64,000 nucleotides of DNA from Mobula hypostoma (GCF_963921235.1 NC_086097.1:93374001-93438000), one strand, 5' to 3'. Positions 27,215-39,840 are shown, numbered from the stretch's first letter. Notes: generated from the letters alone by a model not told the origin. Program-made: numbers and translations.

Positions 27215-27515
27215 TACATAGAAACATAGAAAATAGGGGCAGGAGTAGGCCATTCGGCCCTTCGATCCTGCACCGCCATTCAGAATGATCATGGCTGATC
27301 ATCCAACTCAGAACCCTGTACCAGCCTTCCCCCCATATCCCCTTAGCCACAAGGGCCATATCTAACGCCCTCTTAAGTATGGCCTATGAACTGGCCTCAA
27401 CTGTTTCCTGTGGCAGAGAATTCCACAGATTCACCACTCTCTGTGTGAAGAAGTTTTTCCTAATCTCGGTCCTAAAAGGCTTCCCCTTTATCCTCAAACT
27501 GTGACCCCTCATTCT
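27215..27515 (-). mobile_element. CR1 3' end ((tttctatg)n-tail family)
   Basis: RGHSLRIKGKPFRTEIRKNFFTQRVVNLWNSLP; same family as 50855-51335. Confidence 0.85.
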
Positions 27516-29425
27516 GAGATGGACTGCATCCTTGAGGAAGGACACGAGAGACTTAGCTTGCCAATTGAATAAAGAAAAAACTATTTGCTCAAGAAATATT
27601 GCCCCAAAGGACTGATTAGGGAAACACTGCCAAGGTAATATTACATCAATGAGGCATGGAAAATGTTGAACTAGCACTGCAGGGAGAGGCGGAACAAGTA
27701 CATACTAGAGGGTCATATCATATATTGCATTCAAAACCGATACTGATGTATATCTGGATATTAGAGGAATCGAGATATGTGCATGGAACAAGAAAACGGT
27801 ATTGAAGTAAATCAGCCGTGATCTTGTTCAATCATAGAGCAGGCTCAATGGGACATATGGCACACTGCTGCCTGTTTTATGGCTTGTTCATGTGTTCTTA
27901 ACAAAATCTGGTATAGCCTAACATCTCAAACATGAGAAAGTCTGCAGATGCTGGAAATCCAAAGCAAACATACAAAAAAAAATGCTGGAGGAACTCAGCA
28001 GGTCATGCGGCATCTATAAAACAGTCCACGTTGCAGGCCAAGACCCTTCACCAGGAGCCTAACGTCTCCTTACGATGCAGCTTCTGATGGAGTGAGGTAG
28101 GTGCTTCTGGAATGGTTCCCACAGAATGGAGGGTAGCAAATGTGACAAAATCAAAATCAAAGTTGAGTTTATTATCATATGCACAAGTAGGAACATGGAG
28201 GGGCGGGTCTTAGATAAGGGCCCAATGCAAGAAATTGGCTCTAACTGGCAGGGCACCATGGTTGGCATGGACTTGCTGGGCCAAAGCATTTATATTCATG
28301 TCCTTTTGCTCTATTGCTCTAGAATTATACAAATGTGTAGTGAGAAACTCACTTGCAGCAGCTTCATAAGCACATAGCGTCAGAAACACAACAGTCACTG
28401 GAAAAATTTATTAGAGAAACTTATACAAGAAAAAAAAACACAATTAGAACAAACAAAAAGCAAAGGTCACTCTTGTGCAAAATGATCAAAGTTTTGCTGT
28501 GCTGTTGTACTATACTGTTGCTATACTGAAAGAGCTATTAGGGTTGTGCAGTTAAGTTCAAGAACTGAATGGTTGATGAACACTAGTTGTTCTTGCACTG
28601 GATGGTGAGGATCTTTTATGGTAGATGACAATGCTATTCCAAAAAAAGGGGGAAGAGAAAAAATAAGGATCTACTGATCAGTTGAGATACAAGGGATTGC
28701 AGATGCTAGAATTTGGAACAACAATCTGCTGGAAGAATTTGGCGGGTCGAGCAGCATCTGTGGGAAGCTTTCACACAGTAACATTGACAATTCCAGGACA
28801 TCGTATTTGAATCTCTCTGATTCAGTTTCTACAGACCCAAATTTCTTAACATATGATGGTGATATTAAATCTGATTCCGATTCTGGCCTTCAACATGGCC
28901 CATAACCCTTCATTTTTCTTTTATCCATGTACCTATCTAAGAGTCTCTTAAATGCACATTATTTATCTACCACTACCCTCCCACCCAACCCCGCCTCCCC
29001 CAACAGTACATTCTAAGCACTTATCACCCTTTATGTAAGAAACCTACTTCTGACATCTCCCCTCACCTTAAAAGGATGTGCTCTGGTATTAGGCATTGCC
29101 ACCCTCAGAAAAAGGCACTGGCGTTCTACACTATCTATGCCTTTTATAATCTTATATATCTCTATCAAGGTGCCTCTCATTCTCCTTCACTTAAAAGAAA
29201 AACATTGGAGTTCACTCAACCCTCCCTCATGAGACATGTCCTCTAATCCTGGCAACATCGTGCACCTTCTCTAAAGCTTCCACATCCTTCCTATAATAAG
29301 ATGATCCGAAAAAAATCACAGTATTCCAAAGCTATTGTTTTCAGATTCTGTCATAAACCCTAAAACCACCTCTGTCTTAGAAAGGTTTCTGTAAAGAACC
29401 AGGCAGCATCTGTAGGAAGAGGTGC

Positions 29426-29461
29426 AGTCGACGTTTCAGGCCGAGACCCTTCATCAGGACT
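29426..29461 (-). ncRNA. Minimal hammerhead ribozyme motif (intact core)
   Basis: Reverse complement reads AGTC CTGATGA AGGGTCTCGGCCT GAAACGTC GACT. Confidence 0.75.
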
Positions 29462-29535
29462 AACGGAAGGAAGAGTGAGTAAGAGATTTGAAAGCCCCCC
29501 CTCCAACTTTCAAATCTCTTACTCTTCCTTCAGTT

Positions 29536-29571
29536 AGTCCTGATGAAGGGTCTCGCCCTGAAACGTCGACT
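29536..29571 (+). ncRNA. Minimal hammerhead ribozyme motif (intact core, perfect 4-bp stem II)
   Basis: AGTC CTGATGA AGGG-TCTCG-CCCT GAAACGTC GACT. Confidence 0.8.
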
Positions 29572-32000
29572 GCACCTCTTCCTAGAGATGTTGCCTGGCC
29601 TGCTGCGTTCACCAGCAACTTTGATGTGTGTTGCTTGAATTTCCAGCATCTGCAGAATTCCTGTTGTTTGCGTTTTTAAATTCACTACTGTGAAGCCTCT
29701 TCCGGTGATGCCTACACCGAAGAAGTTTAGATCCTCTCTTCGACGGGAATTCAGTGAAACCATCTTTCACTGCTCCCCATCTGTAATTTCTTCGGCTCTT
29801 CAACTTTTCGACCACATTTTGACTCAGACTCGCTATCACAGCCATATATCCTTTCTTGGAATGTGCCTCCGTCGCCAACTTACACCAGTTGTCTTTAGGA
29901 TTTGTTTCCGAGCCTCTCAATTTGGACCTTCTGAGGATCCCAGGTACTCACATTTTACTGACTCTGCCTCTCGCCGCTTCTCCCGTCAAGCTCTGAAGGC
30001 GACTCTCTCCGCCATGAGGAGGTACTTGGTGTCCCTATCCCAGAACCTTCCACACCTTCGGGACACTTTCTTCGCCGTCTGTAATGGTCCTACCCGTTAT
30101 TTCATTCTCTGTCGGATTCACGCCTGCAATCGCCGTTTTTTTGACTTTGTCATATTAGGCAAAGATCGCAAGATCCTACATCTACGGACTCCAGAGCCTG
30201 CTGGCCATGAAACTAGGAGGCATGAACTTCAGATTGCCTCTGCCATTGATCTCGCCGGCTCCAACACCTCAGGGCATATTCAAAACCCGGACTCCAGCAA
30301 CGACCATGGACACATTCAAAGTGATTGCGCAACCACCAACTGCGACTCCAGCCTTGAACTCCACGCCGGGTCTTTATGTGCTGCTATTGTGACTCTCGTC
30401 CCCCCTTCCCCCACCAATACTCTGCAATCCTGTCTCCCGTTTTAAAAAGCCCCCCTCCAACTTTCAAATCTCTCACTCACTCTTCCTTCAGTTAGTCCTG
30501 ACAAAGGGTCTCGGCCTGAAGCGTCGACTGCACCTCTTCCTAGAGATGCTGCCTGGCCTGCTGCGTTCACCAGCAACTTTGATGTGTGTTGCTTGAATTT
30601 CCAGCATCTGCAGAGTTCCTGTTGTTTCTGTAAAGAAGTTGAATTTTGTTCTAAGTTGTTTGACTGCACATGTAAATGTGCTATCATGGAGAAAATGTAT
30701 TTCAGCCTCTTAAAACTTATGTTAGCTATGCCCAGCCTGAGTTCATCTGCTGCCCAAAACTTAAACCACTGATATAACTGTTGCCTTTCTCCTCTCTCAA
30801 ACTAACCCCTAGTGACCCACCACACCTCCACACTACCTCCTAGTTAATCAACATCACAGTTTTCTCCATGAGCTCACTCTACCTTATCACTGAAATCTAC
30901 ATCCCTAGTATCTTTCATGTTCCAGCTGGGAGTCCCTCTCTTTTACTTGCTATAACACTGATAGCCAGTAAGGAGCTGAAGTCTGGAACATCCTTGACAT
31001 ATGTCGAAACTTCTTTAGAAAAGCTTCATAAAACCCAAGACATTGAATCAACCCTGATGTGGCTCTGTCATTTTTTGTCTGATAAGTTTTTAAAAATATA
31101 TATATATCTTAAGATATTTTGCTACATTAAGTGCATTACATAAACTCAAGTTCTAGCTGGTGGCAAGGCCAGTCTATATTACCCATGTCTATTTGTCCTT
31201 TGAGAAAATGATGATCTGTGAATGTGTCAGCATGGTACCAGGAGGGGAATTCTAGGATTTTGTCCCAGTGCTGACACAAATCCAAATAATGTAATGAATA
31301 TCAACAAAAATGCAGATCCTAGAAATCAGAAAAAGCTGGGAATACAAATGAGAATAACATGTTGATAGCAATGCTCCAAACATCTGTATCCCATTTGTTC
31401 TTGGTGATCAAGGTTTTGTATTTGGAAACTGCTGCCAAAGCTTCCTTGGAAGTTCATAGCAATACATAATATGCAGAAGGTGTAAGAAGCTAATTTTTAA
31501 ACCGCAGATAAGGTCCTGGTTATTGCAGACTACTTTGCCCTGGGCAATGCTAAATTCCTTTTGCATCGCTGGAGCTGCATTTACCAAGTAAGTGAAGAAT
31601 ATTCCATCACTCTCACTTGCACCTTGTTGATGGTAGGAGTTTCTGGAGGTGAGCCAATCACAGCTGTATATTCATACTCTGACCACTTTCAACAGTCTCA
31701 AAATTTAGGTGGCTGGGACAGTTTGGTTTCCGGTTGGTGCAAAGAAAATAAAATTTTCTTCTATTGACCAGTGAATCGTATTGAAAGGACAGGCAGGTAG
31801 GCAGAGGGGGTGGGGTGACTCTGTCACTAAAAAATGAAATCAAGTCCTCAGTAAGAGGTCATATAGGATTGGAAGGTTTAGAATCCTTGTGGGTAGAGCT
31901 AAGAAAATGCAAGGGCTAAAAGACCCCGATGGGAGTCACTGTATATATGGACTTCTGAACAGTAGCCAAGATGTGGGTGACAAATTACAATGGGAGATAG

Positions 32001-33411
32001 CAACACACATCAAAGTTGCTGGTGAACGCAGCAGGCCAGGCAGCATCTCTAGGAAGAGGTACAGTCGACGTTTCAGGCCGAGACCCTTCATCAGGACTAA
32101 CTGGAGGAAGAGTTAGTAAGAGATTTGAAAGTGGGAGGGGCAGGGGGAGATCCAAAATGATAGGAGAAGACAGGAGCGGGGAGGGATGGAGCCAAGAGCT
32201 GGACAGGTGATTGGCAAAGGGGATATGAAAGGATCATGGGACAGGAGGCCCAGGGAGAAAGATCGGGGGGGGGGCAGAACCCAAAGGATGGGCAAGGGAT
32301 ATAGTCAGAGGGACAGAGGGAGAAAAAGGAGATTGAGAGAAAGAATGTGTGTATATAAATAAATAACAGATGGGGTACGAGGGGGAGGTGGGGCATTAGC
32401 GGAAGTTAGAGGTCAATGTTCATGCCTTCAGGTTGGAGGCTACCCAGACGGAATATAAGGGGTTGTTCCTCCAACCTGAGTGTGGCTTCATCTTTACAGT
32501 AGAGGAGGCCATGGATAGACATGTCAAAATGGGAATGGGATGTGGAATTAAAATGTGTGGCCACTGGGAGATCCTGCTTTCTCTGGCGGACAGAGCATAG
32601 CTGTTCAGCAAAGCAGTCTCCCAGTCTGCGTCGGGTCTCGCCAATATACAGAAGGCCACATCGGGAGCACCGGATGCAGTATATCACCCCAGCCGACTCA
32701 CAGGTGAAGTGTCGCCTCACCTGGAAGGACTGTCTGGGGCCCTGAATGGTGGTGAGGGAGGAAGTGTAAGGGCATGTGTAGCACTTGTTCCGCTTACAAG
32801 GATAAGTGCCAGGAGGGAGATCAGTGGGGAGGGATGGGGGGGACGAATGGACAAGGGAGTCGCATAGGGAGCGATCCCTGCAGAAAGCCGGGGGGGGGGG
32901 GGAAGATGTGTTTAGTGGTGGGATTCCGTTGGAGGTGGCGGAAGTTACGGAGAATAATATGTTGGACCCGGAGGCTGGTGGGGTGGTAGATGAGGACCAG
33001 GGGAACCCATTCCTAGTGGGGTGGCGGGAGGATGGAGTGAGAGCAGATGTACGTGAAATGGGGGAGATGCGTTTGAGAGCAGAGTTGATGGTGGAGGAAG
33101 GGAAGCCCCTTTCTTTAAAAAAGGAGGACATCTCCCTCATCCTGGAATGAAAAGCCTCATCCTGAAAGCAGATGCGGCAGAGACGAAGGAATTGCGAGAA
33201 GGGGATGGCATTTTTGCAAGAGACAGGGTGAGAAGATGAATAGTCCAGATAGCTGTGAGAGTTAGTAGGCTTATAGTAGACATCAGTGGATAAGCTGTCT
33301 CCGGAGACAGAGACAGAAGGATCTAGAAAGAGGAGGGAGGTGTCGGAAATTTGCGAGAAGGGGATGGCATTTTTGCAAGAGACAGGGTGAGAAGAGGAAT
33401 AGTCCAGATAG
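32001..33411 (-). mobile_element. Penelope-like retroelement, 5'-truncated, with 12-bp TSD
   Basis: GVIYCIRCSRCGLLYIGETRRRLGDCFAE GIY-YIG ORF and pLTR (about 32001-32400); TSD AATGGGAGATAG at 31989-32000 and 33412-33423. Confidence 0.92.
32063..32098 (-). ncRNA. Minimal hammerhead ribozyme motif (intact core)
   Basis: Reverse complement reads AGTC CTGATGA AGGGTCTCGGCCT GAAACGTC GACT. Confidence 0.75.
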
Positions 33412-33744
33412 AATGGGAGATAGAAAAGGTTTGTCAAAATAGGTAATGTTATGAACTCATGGGGGATTTCAATATGCAGGTAAATTGGGAAAATCAGGTT
33501 GGTGCTGGGTACCCAAAGGTGGAATTTGTAGAATGTCTGCAAGATGGTTTTCTAGAGAAGCTCATGGTCGAACTCACCAGGGGATCAGCTATTCTGGATT
33601 GGGTGTTGTGCAATGAACCAGAATTGATTAAAGAGCTTAAGGTAAAAGAACCCTTAGGACTAAGTGATCATAATATGCTAGAATTCATCCTGCAATTTGA
33701 GAAGGAGAAGCTAAAGTCAGATGTATCAATATTACAGTGGAGTA

Positions 33745-34135
33745 TTACACCGCACACTGTTGGAGCAGTGCTGCCAGGATAATCAAGGACACGACCCACC
33801 CAGCCAACACACTTTTCGTCCCTCTTCCCTCGGGGAGAAGGCTCAGGAGCTTGAAGACTCGTACGCCAGATTTGGGAACAGCTTCTTTCCAACTATGATA
33901 AGACTGCTGAACGGATCCTGACACCGATCTGGGATGTACCCTCCAAATATCCGGACCTGCCTTTCGGTTTTTTTCGCACTACCTTACTTTCCCTTTTCTA
34001 TTTATGATTTATAATTTAAATTTTTAATATTTACTATTGATTTGTAATACACGGAGCGCAAAGCGCAGAATCAAATATCGCTGTGATGATTGTACGCTCT
34101 AGTATCAATTGTTTGGTGACAATAAACTAAAGTAA
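33745..34135 (+). mobile_element. Rex-like LINE 3' end
   Basis: IIKDTTHP...RFGNSFFPTMIRLLN* followed by a 3' UTR ending aataaactaaagtaa. Confidence 0.7.
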
Positions 34136-34386
34136 GGGGAATTATAGAGAAATGAGAGGGGTATTGGCTAAAGTTGATTTGAAGGAGACACTAGCAGGGA
34201 TGACGGCAGAGTAGCAGTGGAATTTCTGGGAGCAATTTGGAAGGTGCAGGATAGATACATTCAAAAAAAGTTGTTTTCTAAAGAAAGGATGACATAACCG
34301 TAGCTGACAAAGGAAGTCAAAGCCAACAAAAAAGGTAAAGAGAGGCCATATAATTGAGCAAAAATTAAAGGAAAGTTAGAGGATTG

Positions 34387-34483
34387 TCCTGACAAAGGGT
34401 CTTGGCCTGAAACGTCGACTGCACCTCTTCCTACAGATGCTGCTTGGCCTGCTGCGTTCACCAGCAACTTTGATGTGTGTTGC
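34387..34483 (+). mobile_element. Minimal Penelope pLTR insertion (hammerhead + 3' terminus)
   Basis: 11-bp TSD TTAGAGGATTG at 34376-34386 and 34484-34494. Confidence 0.85.
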
Positions 34484-35415
34484 TTAGAGGATTGGGAAGC
34501 TTTTAAAAACCATCAGAAGGCGACCAAAAAAAAGTTGCATGAATAAAGAGGGAAAAGATGAAATACAAAGGTAAGCTAGTTAATAATATTAAAGAGGATA
34601 CCCAAGTTTCTTCAGATATATAAAGAGTAAAAGAGAGGCAAGAGTAGACATTGAACTGCTGGAAATTGATGCTGGAGAGGAAGTAATGGGGGACAAGGAA
34701 TTGGTGGACAAACTGATTAAGTATTTTTCATCATAATTCACTGTGGAAGACACTGGCAGTATTCTGGGAGTTCAAGAGTGTCAGGGGACAGAAATGAGTG
34801 AAGTTGCCATTACTAGGGATAAGGTGCTTGGGAAACTGAAAGATCTGAATGTAGATAGATCACCAGGACCAGATGGTCCCCAGCTTTCTGAAAGAGGTGG
34901 TTGAAGAGATTGTGGAGGCATTAGTAATAATCTTTCAAGAATCCATAGATTCTGGCATGGTTCCAGAGGACTGAAAAATTGCAAATTTCACTCCACTTTT
35001 CAAGAGGGGAGACAGGCAGAAGAAAGGAAATTATAGGCCAGTTAGTTTGATCTCAGTGGTTGGGAAGAAGTTGAAGTTGATTGTTAATAATGTGGTTTTG
35101 GGATACTTGAAGGCATATGATAAAATAGGCTGATGACAGCACCGTTTCCTTAAGGGGTAATCTTGTCTGACAAATCTGTTGGAATTCTTTGAAGAAATAA
35201 TAAGCAGCAGAGACAAAGGAGAAACAGTAAATATCATGTACTTGGATTTTCAGAAAGCCTTTGACAAGGTGCCGCATATGAGGCTACTTAACAAGAGCCA
35301 ATGATATTACAGGAAAGATACTTCCATGAATACAGCATTGGCTGATTGGTAGGAAGCACAGAGTGGGAATAAAGGAAGCCTTTTCTGGTTGGCTGCCAAT
35401 GACTAGTAGTGTTGG

Positions 35416-37750
35416 AAACATAGAAAACCTACAGCACAATCCATTCGGCCCACGATGCTAAGCCGAACATGTACTTACTTTTGAAATTACCTAGGATTAC
35501 ACATAGCCCTGTATTTTTCTAAGGTTCATGTACCCATAGAAGAGTCACTTCAAAGACCCTATTGTATCTGCCTCCACCATCATCGCCGGCAGCCCATTCC
35601 ACACACTCACCACTTTCTGCATAAAAAACTTACCCCTGCCATCTCCTCTGTACCTACTTCCAAGCACGTTAAAACTGTGCCCTCTTGTGGAAGCCATTTC
35701 AGACCTGGGAAAAAGCCTCTGACTATCCACACGATCAATGCCTCTCATTATCTTGTACACCTCTATCAGGTCACCTCTCATCCAAGCGCTCGGCAGAGGA
35801 TGGCACTCGGGAGGCTGTATCGGAGCGGTTCGATGTTGTCGTTTAAAGTTAAATTGGACAACTATATGGACAGGAAAGGAATGGAGGGTTATGGGCTGAG
35901 TGCAGGTCAGTGGGACTAGGTGACAGTAAGAGTTCGGCATGGACTAGAAGGGCTGAGATAGCCTATTTCTGTACTGTAATTGTGATATGGTTATAAAAGG
36001 AAAGGAACACCATGCAAAAGTTTGGGCACCCCAAGAGATTTGAGCTCTTCAGATCAAGTCCAGCCTCTCCTCCTGTAGGCTTATCTGCATATTGTGTCAG
36101 GAAATCTTCCTGAACACACCTAACAAACTCCACCCCATCTAAACCCCTTGCTCTAGGAAGATGCCAATCAAAATTTAGGAAATTAAAATCTCCCACCTGT
36201 AATTATTACACCTTTCCAGAATCTGTCTCCTTATCAGCTCCCTGATGTCCCTGTTACTATTGGGTGGTCTATAAAAAACACCCAGTGGAGTTATTGACCC
36301 CTTCCTGTTCCTAACTTCCACCACAGAGACTCAGTAGACAATCCCTCCACGACTTCCTCCTTTTCTGCAGCCGTGACATTATCCCTGATCAACAGTGCCA
36401 AGCCCCCACCCCTTTTGCCTCCCTCCCTGTCCTTTCTGAAACATCTAAAGCCTCGCACTCGAAATAGCCATTTTTGCCCCTGAGCCTTCCAAGTCTCTGT
36501 AATGGGCACAAGATCATAGCTCCAAGTAGTGATCCACACTCTAAGCTCATCCGCTTCGTTCATGATACTTCTTGCATTAAAATAGACACATCTCAAACCA
36601 TCGGACTGAGCGCATCCCTTGTTTATCACCTGCCTATCATGCCTCTCACACTGTCTCCAAGCTTTCTCTATTTGTGAGCCAACCGCTCTTAGATTAGATT
36701 ATGAGGACACACAGTCCTCTCTTATTGTCATTTAGTAATGCATGCATTAAGAAATAATACAATATTCTTCTGGTGTGATATCACAGAAACACAGGACAAA
36801 CCAAGACTGAAAAACTAACAAAAACCACATAATTATACCATATAGTTACAACAGTGCAACAATACCATAAATTGATGAAGAACAGGCCATGGCACAGTAA
36901 AAAAGTTCAAAGTCTCTCGAAAGTCCCACATCTCACGTAGACGGGAGAAGGAAGAAAACTCTCCCTGCCCGACTGAGTCGTCCGAAAACTTCGAGCTCTG
37001 ATCAGCCCTCCAACACCGAGCACTGAGCGTCATCTCTGCCGAACGCTTCAACCTCAGCCTTGGTCGCCAGCAGCAGGCAAAGCCAGGAATTTTGGGGCCT
37101 TCCCTCCAGAGATTCTCGATCGCACAGTAGCAACGGCAGCAAACCGGGCATTTTAGAAATTTCCAGATGTTCCTCTGTGCCTTCTCACGTCTGTCTCCAT
37201 CAAATCAGAATTGTGCACGGTACCCTATTTAACAAATATGATATCACTTCACTGGAGAGCTGCGCGGCTGCGTCGTGCCGCCATCTTCTCCTCCCACCAG
37301 AAAATCTTCCTCCATCTCCTCAATTCAGTTCCCAACCCCCAGCAAGTCTAGTTTAAATTCTCCCCAATAGCCTTAGCACACCTCCCTGCCAGGATATTGG
37401 TCCCCCTCAGATTCGAGTGCAACCCATCCTTTTTGTACAGGTCACACCTGCCCCAAAAGAGGTCCCAATGATACAGAAATCTGAATTCCTGTCTCCTGCT
37501 CCAATCTCTCAGCCACGCATTTCTCCTCCACCTCACTCTATTCCTATACTCATTGTCATGTAGCACAGGCAGTAATCCTGAGATTACTACCTTTGAGGTC
37601 CTGCTTCTCAACTTCCTTCCTAACTCCCTGTAGTCTGTTATCAGGACCACCTCCCTTTTCCTACCTATGCCGTTGGTACCGAGATGTACCATGACCTCTG
37701 GCTGTTCTCCTTCCCACTTCAGGATATTGTGGACACGATCAGAAACATCT
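35416..37750 (-). mobile_element. Internally deleted CR1 LINE (esterase ORF1, EN start, 3' end)
   Basis: VHLGTNGIGRK...DGLH (SGNH-like), YFNARSI...TETW, MGDFNFL, RGDLIEVYKIMRG; tail aaacatagaaaac at 35416. Confidence 0.8.
36689..37295 (-). mobile_element. Non-coding retroposon, family B
   Basis: Reverse strand begins gagaagatggcggc and ends gacaataagagaggactgtgtgtcctcataatctaatctaa; interrupts the CR1 between ORF1 and ORF2. Confidence 0.65.
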
Positions 37751-38484
37751 TGTGCAAGATTCTCTTAAGGTTGATTTGCAGGTTGAGTCGGTGGTAAGGA
37801 AGGCAAATGCAATGTTACCATTCACTTTGAGAGGACTATAATATAAAAGCAAGATGTAATGTTGAGCTTTTTTTAAGGCACTGGTAAGGCCTCACTTGGA
37901 GAGTTGTGAGCAGTTTTGGGTCCCTTATCTTAGGAAGGGCAATGTGCTGACATTGGAGTGGGTTCAAAGGAGGTACACAAGAATAATTTTGGGAATGAAA
38001 CGGTTATGATATGAGAACCGAATGAAGGCTCTGGGCCTGTACTCACCGGAATTCAGGAGAATGAGGGAGATCTCATTGAAACCTATCAAATGTTGAAAGG
38101 CCTCAAAAAGTGGATGTGAAGAAGATGTTTCCTGTGGTGGGGAGTCTAGGACCGGAGGGTAGAGCCTCAGAACAGAGGGATGTTTATTTAGAACAGAGAT
38201 GAGGAGGAATTTCTTAGCCAGAGAGCGGTGAATCAGTGAAATTTGTTGTCACAGGCAACTGTGGAGGCCAAGTCATTGGATATATTTAAGGCAGAGGTTG
38301 ATAGATTCTTGATTAGTCAGGGCATGAAAGGTGGAAGAAGGCAGGAGACTGAGACTGTGAGGGAAATTGAATCAGCCATGATGAAATGGCGGAGCAGTCC
38401 CATTGCGCCAAATGATCTAATTCGGCTCCTATATCTTTGGGTCTTATATATCTTATAGTCTAAATTTTCTTCCCATTGACTGGC

Positions 38485-38722
38485 ACGATAATGTAGCTGT
38501 CAGCATAAATGTTTTTACAGCACCAGTAACCAGTGTTCATTTCCCACTGCTATCTGTAAGGGGTTTGTACATTCCTTTTGTGACCACATAGGTTTCCAGC
38601 CACATTCCAATGGTGTACAGGTTTAGTAGATTAATTGGTCACTTGGGTGTAACTGGACAGCACGGGCTGGTTGATCTGGGCGGGCCTGTTACTGTGCTGT
38701 ATCTCTAAGTAAAAAAAATAAA
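38485..38722 (+). mobile_element. V-SINE (HE1-like)
   Basis: ctgtaaggggtttgtacattcc...ttaattggtcac...gggcctgttactgtgctgtatctctaa plus an A-rich tail (CR1-like 3' end). Confidence 0.65.
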
Positions 38723-38989
38723 GGTAAGTATATGTATCTGAATTTAAATCCACACATATACACACACACACAAATCTACTTTTATCTACCAGTTGACAGT
38801 ACTAATGGACCAAGAGCAATTCTGGGTTGCACATTCAAATTCTGTGGTGCATTGATACATAAGCTAGGATTTAGGATGATTATTGTGAAGAGCACTTAAA
38901 TACAAAATAATTTTTAAGAATTGGAAGCTTTAAATTTAAAACAGAACGTTTTTAAAATAAGGAAGAGAATGGAAAGTGTATTATGAAAA

Positions 38990-39840
38990 GGAAAATGTAT
39001 TTAGACAAATTTGCTAAATGTCTTTGAAGATGTAACATGATGTATAAAAGGGAAAAATAGATGTTGTATATTTAGATTTCCAGAAGGCATGTCATACAAT
39101 ACCACATAAAAAATATTGGCATCAGAAACTCGTGGACTGTCACACTATTAAAGCTGGGGTTTCAACTATTTATAATCTGTATTAATGATTTGGATGAAAA
39201 GACTGAGTGTGCAGTGGATGAATTTGCTGATGACACAAAGAGAATAGGTTAGAAAGTGGTGTGGAGGACACAAAAAGAACTGCAGAGATTTTGATAGATT
39301 GAGTGGGCAAAATAATTGGCAAATGGAGTATAATATGGGAAAGAATGATGTTATCCATTTTGAATGGAAGAATGAAAATAATTATTTAAACAGATGCTGT
39401 GGCACGAAAGGATTTGTGGGTCCTAGTACATTAAATGCAAAAAGCTGGCATGCAGGTACATCACATAATTAGAAAGACAAATGAATGTTGCCCTTTATTA
39501 CAATGGATATGGAGTCTATAGACACCTGGGATGAGGGAGTTGATTATATGAGGAAAGGTTAAGCAGGTTGGGTTTATACTCATTGCAATATGGAAGAATG
39601 AAATATTATTGAACTATCAGAGGGGGCTGACAGGATCAATGTGGTGAGGATGTTTTCCCTGGTGGGTGTATCTATAATTGTTTCAAAAGAAATTGGAAGG
39701 AATTTTTTTTATCAGAGTGGTGGATCTCTGAAATTTTCTGTCCCAGACAGCTGCAGAGGCGCAGTCAGTCATTGATTTACAGACGTTTAAATAACATTTA
39801 AAAGATATTTGGACAGATACATGGATAGGAACGGGTTAAG
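38990..39840 (+). mobile_element. Old CR1 LINE fragment
   Basis: Degenerate YLDFQKA, INDLDE, FADDTK and WQMEYN motifs. Confidence 0.65.

Larger units (their letters stand above)
29401..30627 (+). mobile_element. Penelope-like element 5' portion: inverted partial pLTR + pLTR + N-terminal ORF + pLTR
   Basis: Inverted pLTR piece 29401-29494; direct pLTR pieces at about 29495-29670 and 30450-30627; ORF from ATG 29708 (MPTPKKFRSSLRREFS...) open to 30445. Confidence 0.8.
31770..38460 (+). mobile_element. Degraded CR1 LINE ORF2 with several nested insertions
   Basis: EN motifs (MGDFN, ILDWVLCNEP, SDHN), NYRPVSL.S and FQKAFDKVPH; the 3' part resumes at about 37750 and ends in a tcttatatatcttatagtc tail. 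Confidence 0.8.

Noticed and set aside
32406..33542. 378-aa ORF as a single intact gene
   Set aside because: The N-terminus is antisense CR1 sequence fused by chance to a truncated Penelope ORF, which also shows a frameshifted segment.
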